A model generated the notes under the pieces. That model made no database searches and had not been told where the DNA came from. It saw only the letters and a list, made by a program, of their open reading frames with translations. From positions 34,592-98,591 of the forward strand of contig NW_005434494.1 of the NCBI RefSeq assembly GCF_000315625.1: a stretch of DNA of 64,000 bases, read 5' to 3'. The translations under genes were made by a program, and so were the position numbers. Source of the stretch: Guillardia theta CCMP2712 (taxonomy: Eukaryota > Protista > Cryptophyta). The stretch's first letter is position 1, and every line of letters starts with the position of its first letter. This document shows, one piece after another, positions 34,804-47,069 of this stretch.

Positions 34804-36917
34804 TCGCCTTGATTTGTAGATGTATGCTGTCAGGGCTGTGATTTCCTCCTTAAATTGTGTTTAATGAAATAGAGTTTGTCGCTCAGTACGATGAGCTCTT
34901 TATGCCTTTAGGATCATATGTCTGTCTGTCTGCAATTATGATCTACAAAACCTTTGACGGACAGTTGTCAACAGTGCTGAATGTTCTCAATGCTTTATCA
35001 GGGAAGGGTCTCGATCTATGGTCTGCTAGATTGAAGAACAAGCAACACGCGTTTAAGGTAATTAATGAATTGGAAACTGCCTTCACTGTGAAGAACCGTC
35101 CTCAACCACCACTGAAAGAGCCTCTCTCTATGCATACCAGAGCGACATTTGACCTCTTCCATGACTGGGATATGGCTATTTTACCAGTTCACTTCAGTAC
35201 AGCTGGAGAAACTGAGATGCATAAAGGTGGCGTGAGGTAGGTAACAGAGTACAAATCAGACTCCTCGTGTTTTGTTTTTTCATTTCACTGCTACTTCTGG
35301 AAACTTATTTTTTCGAGGATGCCGTAAAGGAGTGGATTGATGGAAACATTAACAACAGCAACAAGCAATGAGCAGGTACATTCAACAAACTTGCTTGTGC
35401 AAAGAGATGAAGGAGTTACGCGATTTAATTCAAGTGAAGCTCACCGATTGGGTAACTTGTGTTATCTAGAACGTCACTGTCAGCGCTCATGCTTCTAGAT
35501 ATGTTCTATTTTCCAGGATTACACAAATCACGGTAAAAGCCAATAAACATTCGAAATCAACAGACGGAATTGTTAATCATATCACCTCAGTTGTATTCGA
35601 TCATAGGTCATTACGGCTATACTTCATTCTTAGCTTGTTGTTCATGAACAAGGCTCCTGCAAATGGATATCCTACGTGGTCTCAGTGTAATCCTGCCAAA
35701 GTATTCTACGAAAAGTCGCAGATTGAAATCGACCAATCTTCCACTCTCGTTACCAAAATAACGCACTATGCTGCTGCTCCTTCAAATACTCTCGCTCCTT
35801 TCCTCAAGCAATACTAGAGCAGTCTCATCAGGTTCATTAAAAACAACCCGAAAAAAGTGTATACATGTGGTTTTTGAGGTTTTATTTCCTGAGCGGGCAA
35901 TCTTCCCGTCTTTTTGGCAAGGGCCTCCCTGCAGTATCTCGTGTTCCCAGCAACTAATGTTTAGTCAATTATGGTTTCCATACTGATATCAGCCACATTT
36001 AGCATTTGATATCTTTGTTCTTTGAACAGAAATCCTGTCTTGCGCTCGTTCTGGTTTAAAAGTCCGTCACGGCTGGTAGCGTGACTTCCAGCTTAGTAAC
36101 GTGACTTGGCTTGGTAATGCTAAATCTTCGCGCTCTAAGCTCACTTCGCACCGATTCGCCCCCACCCCCCAAAAAAGAACTACGTGTGTCATGTACCATT
36201 GGTACATGCGTCTCTCAGTACCCCCCCCCCCTCCCCCGCCCTCCCCACCAGTCTGCCCCAGCCTGCCCCAGCCTGCCCCAGTCTGTGATCGTTGCACCCC
36301 TGCTCCCTCTCCTCCCATCTCCTTCCATCCCTCCCCATCTTCCCACATTGTCATTGTGTGTCATTGCTGAGGCATTGAGTGCACGCTTTCCCCATCTTTC
36401 CTCATCATATCTCTAAGGGTTGTGAGGTTTTGTCAGTGATGCTGCCACTAAAAATGGAGATGGCTTTTTCGTTTGGTTTGAAGTTTGTTTTTACCCAGTC
36501 GTTGGTATATGCGAGTATAATCCAACTTTCCTTCAACATTTGTCTATGATTTTCTGGGTCTGATAGAGTCCCCGTCGCAATTGCAGTCATCCAATGACTA
36601 TCGTCGTTGTTTGACAGCATCTCCAAGTGGCCGTGAGAATCGATCTATTGCTACTTTGACTATATCAGCGCTTGTGCAATCCATCTACCAATCAGATACA
36701 CACCCGGGCACAAGCACATGGTGAAGACAGCGATAATAGATATTGTTTCTTTGTTGTAACATTTTCTTTTTGTCGTATCAGTAAGCTGCATCCCAGATCG
36801 GGCAGTAAAGAAACACTGAAAGAATCAGGCAAACATCATCCTGATAATTCTGCCGAAAACTACAATGTCGATGAAAGGAAAGAGCTTCTGACCGGTTGGT
36901 CAAGGTAAAGAGGTTTA

Positions 36918-37356
36918 GGAGCGTTTCACGCGTGGCCCAGAGGTCCAGATTCCCAGAACCTGTTTGAAATATATTTCAAATATACATGTTTTTAAATGTG
37001 AAATTGTCACGATCGTGTCACGGTCTTTTCCCCGAGCCAGTCGGCGTACTAATTGGGTGGTATAGGAAGGGTTAGAAATTTTCTAAATACCATCATATGT
37101 ATCGCGGCATAGAATGGAGCTTGGGCTAGGCACATTTATGGTCCGGTCAATACCCCACCTCCTGATTCTATCGGTGGGCCCCTGTGGGGGTGCAATCACC
37201 CTGCTGACAAACTCGACCACAACGGTTCACCATCTCGACCTTTGGAAATAAAATTCTCTTATATACCATTGGTCCAGATGATTTCAAATTTATTGAGTAA
37301 AATTAGTACGACGAGCTCTGGGAATCTGGACCTCTGGGCCACGCGTGAAACACTCC
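36918..37356. mobile_element. MITE, PIF/Harbinger-like
   Basis: 40-bp TIRs GGAG(C/T)GTTTCACGCGTGGCCCAGAGGTCCAGATTCCCAGA with TTA on both flanks. Confidence 0.9.
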
Positions 37357-37994
37357 TTAGGTTCCGAGAGCAAGCGCTTCTTCCCCCACACGCATTAGCG
37401 TACCCCCTCTATTTCCGGAAAGAACCCGTCCATGTACACCCGTCCATGTACATGTCTATTTGTAGGTTTTGACTGGCTGGCTAGATTGACGCAGCGCAAG
37501 TTGGCGACAGACTTCATGGGTACCCGACAAGACCTATCTCTAGATAAACAAATAGATTGACTTCGATCACCCCCTCCCACACAGGGATGGCTGCAGGGTA
37601 TCACGCCAAGTACAGATGCGCGCAGATGGAGTTTTAGTCTTGAGATTTTATCTTTATAAAACCGTTTTAAGTGCGCGTGAGATGGACTGATGTAAACCCC
37701 CCCTCCCTCTCTCAACCGCTTACTAGGCTGTCCTCTGCCCACGCGATAGGGGCTTGCGTGTCCTCTTGCTCCCGGCCTTCACAGTCCTCTGTCAACATCG
37801 ATTCTGTTCTTATCAGCTCCTCCTAACTCGCTTCTTTCCTTCAGTAGAACTTTTGAGTGGTTAAGCCGTGTCACCACAACAACAGCTTGCACTTCAATTT
37901 GCGTTAGAAACCTCACAAACTACATCACCAACACATCAAACAGACAGAGAAAACAAGAAAGATCAGTTTAAAAATCAAGTAAACAACACCCAAC

Positions 37995-38677
37995 ATGAAT
38001 ATGTTCGGCCCCACCTTCGTCACCATCCACGTCCGCAAGAAAGCTGGCGACTCCGCCAAGCCCCAGGCCTCAAAGATCTTCCTCACCGCCAGCGACCTCC
38101 AGCGCCTCCTCGTCTACAAGCAGGTCGACGCCGCAAAGCTCCTGGTATGACCCCTGCCTGACCTGTCTGCTAGGGGAGCGCGTGCTGTTTGTGACGGGAG
38201 GAGGAGGGCGGGGCTTGATCTGACGTTGGATGGGAGCAGGGGGTGTCTCTGACGGCGCTCAAGAACGCGTGCAGGCAGCTGGGGCTGGAGAGCTGGCCCA
38301 AGGAGCGGAGCCAGCTACTGGCGGCGAGGAGGAGGGAGGCGTGGGACGTGCGGGAGTGGTTCGGGGGGCAGGAGGAGGGTATCAGTGCTACGGAAGGGAC
38401 GGAGCAGGAGGAGGAAGCAGTGGAGGAAGACGGCACAGGCCCAATGCTGGATAGCGCACCGTATCTCGAGAAGTGGTGTGAGGAGGGGGCTGCTTGTGTG
38501 AATGAGGAGGAGAAGGGGTTTGTGAAGGTAGAGAAGGGGTCATGGAAGAACGGGGCTGAGGTGGTGAGAGCAGGTAAAGTCAGGAGGAGGGAGTGGGGGG
38601 GATGCCGGGGGGAGGGGCAGAGGGAGCTGATGGAGGAGGGACTTGTACATGTCTCAAAACCGAATCGGGACCGATGA
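37995..38677 (+). CDS. RWP-RK domain protein (copy 7; intron 38145-38239)
   Basis: LTASDLQRLLVYKQVDAAKLL|GVSLTALKNACRQLGLESWPKER. Confidence 0.9.
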
Positions 38678-40234
38678 GGCCTCTTGACCAGGTTTTGGTA
38701 TATGTTAAGTTCTAGATTGAAGTTAGGATTATGTGCGGAAAGCTTTTAGATGCTTTCATCGCATCATGAAGGATTGATTCTTCTTACATTTCTGTTGATC
38801 GATATATATAAACTTGCATCACAATATTTCTTTGTTACGATGAGTCAAATATTTCATGAATCTTGTTTGAATTTTCGGTTCATCATTCAAATATTCTCTT
38901 GTTGAGGTTCAAAGATCGCATATAAGTCAATGTTTGTATCTCGGAGATTGAGGTGGTCATTCAAACACTCACTACGAGAGAGAGCTTTTCGTCAGCGAGT
39001 TGATTTGAGATAAGAAGGAGTTTTTGCGATGACGTTGTCAGCAGGCTGGGTTGCCCTGGTTTTCTTTCTTGCAGTGAGCAAAATGTGCACCGCGAGGTTC
39101 TCAATGCATGCAAGCGTTATTCCATAGCCAGTGCTGTCTTGGGGGAACCAGAGGCTGTCAAACTTGATCGCACGGACCGAAGCTTCGTGGCTTGTCCAGC
39201 AGACGCGTCTCAGTGGTCATGGATCGGTTGACCTGGTGGTTGATCGAAGAAGTCATCTAGCAAGACACTTGCATGAATGATGCTCATTTTGCATGACACA
39301 AGTCGTTGTTGCCGACTGTAGGGTGGAATGCAAAGTGCTTGCATGATCATCAAGATGAACACAGTCGATCCAGCTTCGTGTGCTCATTCATCAATCTGAA
39401 TGCTGCTTGTCTACTTTTTTCCTTACAGAAAACCTCTTTCGTTTGGCGGACATGGGTCTACAACAGGGTCAAGGCATTCCACTGAGACTCTGTTTGATCG
39501 ATCCATATCATCGCATCATCGTAGGATTCTTGAGATACGACATCTTCATGTTGCATTGGTCACACTCTCGTGCTAACCTCCTGCGTACTCGCTTCGCTTG
39601 TCCTTCCCGTTCTCCTCCTCTCCGCCGCATGTGCGTCGGGTTGCCGGGAGGGTCCGTTCCATGCACCTTCTCCCTTAGGACACCACCCCACACGCCGCAT
39701 AATCAGCTACTAAATGATTGGTCAAGTATTCTTTCACCACCACCTCCTCCTCTTGCCCCACGTCCTCCTCATCCACCTCCTCTGGCATCACCACCTCAAA
39801 CGCCGCTTCTTCCCCCCCCCCCCCACCCCTCCTCCTCCAACACCACTTCCTCCTCCTCCTCCTCCTCGACCTCGACCTCCAAAACCTCCTCCTTTTCCTC
39901 TTCCTGGACTTTCTCTTCTGCTAACTCCACCTCCATCTCGACCCCTTTACTATCAACCCTTCACTCTGCTGCACGGGGAGGAGCTCTCTGCCTATAGATC
40001 TTCGCCAGACACACGCACACCCTTCCTTCAAAACCTCCTTATCCCCTGCCCGTGTTCCTCAGCCACATTGTTCCGACTGACGTTGAGTTACCTATCGGTG
40101 ACTATCATCTCCTCATCAGCCCCTCACAGCATCTTTGCATCTCACATACTGCTCCTTCCAAGTGCTGTGATACAGCTTGACACTTGTCCACACACTTCTA
40201 CTCACATAGAGAAGATCAAGAAAAGCCCTTGATT

Positions 40235-40899
40235 ATGAGCATGTTCGGCCCCACCTTCGTCACCATCCACGTCCGCAAGAAAGCTGGCGACTCCGCCAAG
40301 CCCCAGGCCTCCAAGATCTTCCTCACCGCCAGCGACCTCCAGCGCCTCCTCGTCTACAAGCAGGTCGACGCCGCCAAGCTCCTGGTATGACCCCTGCCTG
40401 ACCTGTCTGCTAAGGGAGCGCGTGCTGTTTGTGACGGGAGGAGGAGGGCGGGGCTTGATCTGACGTTGGATGGGAGCAGGGGGTGTCTCTGACGGCGCTC
40501 AAGAACGCGTGCAGGCAGCTGGGGCTGGAGAGCTGGCCCAAGGAGCGGAGCCAGCTACTGGCGGCGAGGAGGAGGGAGGCGTGGGACGTGCGGGAGTGGT
40601 TCGGGGGTCAGGAGGAGGGTATAAGTGCTACGGAAGGGACGGAGCAGGAGGCGGAAACAGTGGAGGAAGACGGCACAGTCCCAATTCTGGATGGCGCACC
40701 GTACCTCGAGCAGTGGAGTGAGGAGGGGGCTGCTTGTGTGAATGAGGAGGAGAAGGGGTTTGTGAAGGTAGAGAATGGGTCATGGAAGAGAAGGATGAAT
40801 CTGCAGGAAATTGAAGGAAGGGGGAGGGAGTGGGGAGCATGCCGGGGGGAGGGGCAGAGGGAGCTGATGGAGGAGGCACTTATACATGTGCAAGCTTGA
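40235..40899 (+). CDS. RWP-RK domain protein (copy 8; intron 40385-40479)
   Basis: Near-identical to copy 7, including the intron. Confidence 0.9.
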
Positions 40900-41974
40900 C
40901 GTTACGATTTGCGGGTGAGATATTCCTGGAGTGCACGATGATAAATCTCTTTTTTCAAACAGCTTTTGCATTTTTATATATAAGAGGTTCATTGCCTCGA
41001 AAGAATTGGTGGTAACTGCATGGACTCTTGTGCTGAGGGCATTTTGGTAAATACTTTTCGGTCGTGCTCACGAACGAGGCGTACACTGCAAGGCCATGGA
41101 GGAAAACATGGTTCCATAGTCTTGGGTGGACAGGCAGCTAGTGTCCCTAGTCGCGTCCTATTGTCGAGAGGTCACTTACGTCGACTTTGGTAAAAAAGAT
41201 CAATGTTACACCAGAAGCGTGTATGCAAGCTTATCGTGTTTTGCAATGAAAGATTGAATGACGGTGTTGACGTGGATCTCTTCAAGAATCTCATGAACTA
41301 AAGACGAGCAATCATCAACAATCAATGAGATGGTTTTCTCTTTTTGCTGACAACGACGAAGGCATTCGTGATCCTCCGCATTGTCGTTCTAGCCATGCCC
41401 ATGTCAGGGCGATTCGACAAAGTGACGTTTGAGTTCCCGAGAGGGGTATCGATTTTTACCTTTTTTTGAAACAGAGCCCCTCCAGCCCCCACGAAATTTG
41501 AAAAAAGTACAATATGTATTTTACTCAAATAGGTCTGACAGAGAATAACTTTTACTTTTAGGGCTTCTTCACCTCACAACCGGCGCAATCGCAAGTTGGC
41601 GTCCTTGTTGACGACAATGAGAAGGGGGAATTGGAGGTCATGCGCTTGAAATAGAATTGATCCCACAGAAAATGGCAGTCGAAGCAAAAGGGCAATGGCT
41701 AATTCAAACTACTAGCCAAGTCAAGAATTAAAATCCAAACGTTGCAAAAAGACATTTCTCCTCTCCCTACCTCGTGACTTCCTGACTGGCTGGACATGCT
41801 CGAAACTTCAACGGTTATGCAGCTGTTTACTATGACTGAGGAAAGAAAACCGAACCGGAGCAAACATTATTGAATTGTAAAGCATAATATTAAAATTCTC
41901 TTGCAGATTTTCAGTATCTGATTTGTGGTCCCTTTTCGAGCCCTCATACAGCCCCCTTGGAAGGGCATAACTTA

Positions 41975-42386
41975 GGGCCGTTTCACGCCGAGCCCAAAGC
42001 TCGAGTTTTTTCAGAAGTTTTAAATTCATTTGAAAATTACATGTTTTTAAAGCTGAAATTATCGTGTGTAGCCCATGCTAAGGGTTCGATATTTCATAAT
42101 AAGTATCCTAGTATTTAGATGCTATCATACAACCTAGGCTCCCTTTCGATTTGAATTCAAACGATAAGTTTGACCAACTCTAGTCTCCACCCACCCCTTC
42201 TTTTATGACATTAAATTAAGGGTACTCATTTTGCTGACAAACTCGACCGCAACGGTTCACCATCTCGACCTTTGGAATTAAATTGTACTTTTATGTCATT
42301 GGTCCAGATGATTTCAAATTGTTTGAGTAAAATTAGTACCACGCTTGCTGACAAACTCGACCATTGGGCTCGGCGTGAAACGGCCC
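41975..42386. mobile_element. MITE, PIF/Harbinger-like, related to 36918-37356
   Basis: TIRs GGGCCGTTTCACGCCGAGCCCAA with a TTA duplication; shares an internal block (gctgacaaactcgacc..aacggttcaccatctcgacctttgga...aaaattagtac) with the 36918 element. Confidence 0.9.
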
Positions 42387-43173
42387 TTAATAAACCTCTG
42401 AGAGAGTGAGCAGTCGAGAGGGAGGGAGGGAGAGGGAGAGAGGAGAGAGGAGAGGTCGAGCGATATATGGGAGGAAGGGGGCAGAGTACCCCTTCCTCTG
42501 AGCTGCAGAGGTGGGGTTATCTGAGCCGCTGCCAGAGTCTCCCGCCGGCCTAGAGAGTAACCAAGATGAAGAGATCAATCACAACAAGCCATGTCAAAGC
42601 AGAAACAGAGTGTCAAGAGGTGAGGTGAGGATGAGAAATGGAAAGCGAAGGAAAGTGAAGGGAAGTGGAAAGCAAAGGAAAATGTGCATCGCACCGATGA
42701 GTGAAGTGGAGATCAGGTGGAAGCGAGTGAACACGCCTCAGAAATAAAGGACAATTTCCTTAGGAAACGAGAGGACTGAGTTGAACTGCGAAGTGGGATA
42801 AGGAAGGACAATAACTTTGTACCGATAAAGAGAAGGGGATATGATAACGTGAAGTCTTCAAGTAGCACCAACATTGAACTTGATAAAGATGAAGATTGAT
42901 TCCAAGTGGTACGAGTAGGTGTGCAGAAAAAAAATAACTTTTGACTTTTGTGAGGTAGAGCTGTGGTAGAGGGTGATGGGAGATGTGAAGTTCGAACTGG
43001 TCCACTCCACAATTATGAACTTAAACAGAACCATCTCCTGTTGCCCATGACAATTTATCTGCTTGCAGGCTTGAAAGATATCCAAATAATCTGATTCGCG
43101 TTCGCATTTCTCTCAGCTATACTCGTGGCATCAAGAGACATTGATTTGAACTTCAGCACTTCTACTGTCCATT

Positions 43174-46165
43174 ATGAGGGGATTGAATTTTTTTCTGGAA
43201 ATTTTGCTCATCCTCCAGCTCTTCCTATCCTTCGAATCTGCGCTTCGATCCGTTGAGACAGGAAAGTATGCTAAGCTCAAGAGCCGTAAGTCGCGCCAAG
43301 GCACTGGATCTCCTCTATCTCTACGCTTGAAAGGCGGAGAGGACGAGGCAGAGAAGAAAGTTGAATTGAACTCTGTGAGTGTAGTTTTCTGTAATTCACT
43401 TGTCAATTTCTTGGTTTACTGCCTTGCGCGCTTTACCGTTGCAACTCCACTGTTTCTTCTGTCACCGTTGCTTTCTCCACTCTCATTTCCTTTCCCATCT
43501 TCCTCATGCTTATGCCCAAATCCTGATGCTTTTGTTCACAACCTGACTCTCCTGCGTTCCTCTCACTGTGTCTTCCAGACCGCAACATTGAAAAAGCAGC
43601 GCGACAAGATCAAAAGTAAGAGAGCAAGAAAAGACAGAGCAATGCAGCAAGACAGACAGGATGAAAAGTCAAAGGAGAAAGCAAGACCAAAAGGAACAAG
43701 ACAGCAATACAGGCGAGATGAAGAGAAAGAGGAGAGCAAGACAGACGAAATGAGCATACTGGTGGAATCTATCTCACAAATCCAGCGCCGGATCGAGATG
43801 TGCCAAGACCCGGCAGAAAAGCAACGGCTGACCAGTCAGCTTGAGAGGAAGGAGCTCGAGCACAAGCTCACGCTCGAGAGGAAGGAGCTCGAGCACAAGA
43901 TCGAGATGTGCCAAGACCCGGTAGACAAGCAACGGCTGACCAGTCAGCTTGAGAGGAAGGAGCTCGAGCACACGGTCAAGCTCGAGAGGAAGGAGCTCGA
44001 GCACAAGATCGAGATGTGCCAAGACCCGGCAGAAAAGCAACGGCTGACCAGTCAGCTTGAGAGGAAGGAGCTCGAGCACAAGCTCACGCTCGAGAAGAAG
44101 GAGCTCGAGCACAAGATCGAGATGTGCCAAGACCCGGTAGACAAGCAACGGCTGACCAGTCAGCTTGAGAGGAAGGAGCTCGAGCACACGGTCAAGCTCG
44201 AGAGGAAGGAGCTCGAGCACAAGCTCACGCTCGAGAGGAAGGAGGAAGGAGCTCGAGCACACGGTCAAGGTCGAGAGGAAGGAGCTCGAGCACAAGCTCA
44301 CGCTCGAGAGGAAGGAGCTCGAGCACAAGATCGAGATGTGCCAAGACCCGGCAGAAAAGCAACGGCTGACCAGTCAGCTTGAGAGGAAGGAGCTCGAGCA
44401 CACGGTCAAGCTCGAGAGGAAGGAGCTCGAGCACAAGCTCACGCTCGAGAAGAAGGAGCTCGAGCACAAGATCGAGATGTGCCAAGACCCGGCAGAAAAG
44501 CAACGGCTGACCAGTCAGCTTGAGAGGAAGGAGCTCGTGCTTGACAAACACAGGGCCGAGGTCCGGGAGGAAGAGGCAGAAAGCGCAATTTGGACAGAAA
44601 AAACCTTGAGTCGTGATCTGGTGGGGCACAGGGAGGCGAACAAACTCTTCTTTCTCGATCGATCGCTGTTTGATCCAATCAGCTCGTCACAAGCAGGGGT
44701 GCGTGTGCTGTACTGCCGAGATTCCTTCAATGAGCAGTGGCGTTTCCTTGACGACCGGGTGTGCAAGGCGGGGTGTCTGGGTTGGATTCTAGGGCCTCCG
44801 GGGACGGGGAAGACGACGACGACGATGTCCTTCATGCAATCGCGAGGCATGGAGGAGGGATGGAGGGTGATATGCTTTCGGCTGTGGAAGTGGGGAATTG
44901 TCGAATTCTTACAGGTTGATGATGGCGTATTGAGAAAATGTGAGATGCCTGCCGACAATGCGGGGGCTTGGATACCGAAATTTCTCAGAGAACGGGCACC
45001 GAGCGGGAAGAAGACTTTGGTGTCTATAGATGGTTACCGACAGGGGGAGCAAGCACATGGATTTGTGCTGAGTGCTTGCCTGTATTGGGTTCATCGTGAA
45101 CTGGAGAATCGGCGGCTTGTTATCACAACGTCGATGAGCTCTCGAGCAAAGAAGAGTTCCGAGCAAGATGCGAATGAGAAGGTCGAAGAAATGATGGTGT
45201 ATTCGTGGACAATGGAAGAGTATCTGGAAGCCTGTAGGTACGACGCGTTCTATAAGAGTGTGGCTGATGTGATGAAATGGAGCTTGGATGAAGAAGAGGG
45301 AAGCATGGATGAAGGCGAGGGAAGCATGGATGAGACAGAACAAGAGAGAAGGTCGAGAGAAATCGAGTCAAAGTATCAGATTGTAGGAGGCTCATGCCGA
45401 TATATGTTTGAACGTAGGACAGATGAAGCGATCCAAGAACTCCGTGACGGGATAGAGGCTGTTCCTGATTTTGCGTCCCTGTTTGACATGGGGATGGGAG
45501 AGCGTGCAAACAATGCTGTGAATCGCCTGCATGGGAAGTATCGTGTCGGAGACGAGGTGCACTGGACGCTTGTCAGCAGGTTTGTTTCCATGGAGCTAGC
45601 ACAGAGGCTTGGAGAAACGTTTGTGAGGAAGATTGAAGAACTCGTTGACGCAACTGGGAATCCGACACTTCGGGGTTGGTTGTTTGAGATGCTGTTCTTT
45701 GCTCGGATACGAGGGGCAGGGCTGCAGCTTACCACGAGGTCCGAGATAGTCGACGATTGGAAAAGATGTAACGTGATAAGGCTGGAAGCTATGCAAATCC
45801 ATAAGCTGCAGGAAAAGACAAAAGTAGCAAGGGTGTGCCTGAAGCCATTGAAATGGAATCAGGGGGGCTACGATGCAGTGATTGTTGACTGGAGTGAAAA
45901 ATTTGTGCGCTTTGTGCAGGTAACGACTAGGCAGTCGCATGACCTCAAACTGCGATACATGGCAAAGTGCCTGCAACTTTTGGGCATTGGGAAGGAGGAA
46001 GGCTGGAAGGTGGAGATAGTGTTTGTCGTTCCCGAGGAGATTCTCAACAGCTTCAGCGTGAAGAATGTGGAAAATAAAGGCATTCTTGCAAGGTACGGGT
46101 GGACCCGCGGCAATGAAGCGATCGAAGCGCAGGTGTTTGGTATGGATCCCAGAACGCGACGGTAG
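43174..46165 (+). CDS. Crinkler/RHS-type P-loop NTPase + PD-(D/E)xK nuclease protein with signal peptide and coiled-coil repeats; apparent frameshift at ~44240
   Basis: Hydrophobic N-terminus, intron 43375-43578, repeat region, Walker A GPPGTGKT, Walker B LVSIDG, VGGSCRYMF, GWLFE, and a nuclease-like KPLKWNQGGYDAV...FVQVT...H. A 7-nt duplication (gaggaag) shifts the frame between ORFs 43174 and 44165. Confidence 0.8.
43792..44536 (+). repeat. Coding tandem repeat (IEMCQDPAEKQRLTSQLERKELEHK / LERKELEH modules)
   Basis: Six near-identical IEMCQDP units interleaved with a variable number of 33-nt LERKELEH(K/T) modules. Confidence 0.95.
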
Positions 46166-46939
46166 ACCGGCGACATTGATGAGGAAGTTGCCAGGTGAGT
46201 CGCTTGATGCCTGACGTGATGGGTTTGCATCGTGTAATGGAAGGTGCACAGGTTGCAACCAAACCAAGCACATGCTTAAACGACCTCGGCTGGATAACGC
46301 ATAGTTGCCAAGCAACTTAGTTTGATATCAACTTCATTTAGGAAGCAACACAACCAACACAGAGGTTCTTTGGTCACACTAGACCAATTGCTCTGCTCCT
46401 ATATCCCCCCCAGTTGCAATAGCAGGAGAAGGCTTTCTATGTACAAGCCAACAACGGCGGCAGTATTCTGTTGTGCATGTTGTGTTCTAGTAAATGCAGC
46501 ATTGACTGTTCTAGTTCACTATGTGACTGCAGAACATTGTCCTCAAAACGAGAGGAGTGCTTGATGGCAAATTTCTTTCGTCAAAAATGGAAATGCCAGT
46601 CATGGAGAATCATACTGTGGTCGAGAAACAACCATGCAGAATGGTAGCAAGATGAAGCTAACGTCCATTGTCATGTGCTGCCCGAGTGACGAAGAGCAAA
46701 GCATTGCGGCTGGGCCAAAGGTGAAAGACATGCTCCCCTGCGATGCACACTTTGGATCATAAAGCTACAGATATCAACATGATTGAGGGACAAAACATTG
46801 AGATAATCTGAACAAGCTTCAGGCAGAGATGGGTTTAGGGTTTGGGACTCATTACGAAGAAAACGAAGCACTGAATATAGTACTGCTGGGTGCCTGCTGT
46901 CAGAGCTCATAGGAACCAAGCCTGATTGCAGGTGAGTCT

Positions 46940-47015
46940 GTTGAATTCAAGGTTAGTGACAAAGTATTGTTATCTACCAAGATGTTGCGTTTCGTGGGCC
47001 CCTTCACTATTGTGG
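46940..47015 (+). mobile_element. Tiny Ty3/gypsy integrase C-terminal (GPY/F) remnant
   Basis: Translates VEFKVSDKVLLSTKMLRFVGPFTIV, resembling the F.VGD.VLLST...RF.GPF.I motif with an internal deletion. Confidence 0.5.
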
Positions 47016-47069
47016 ATGCTCGTACCATATGGCATCATCCAAAACAACCAACTTTTAAAACAAACCAAT

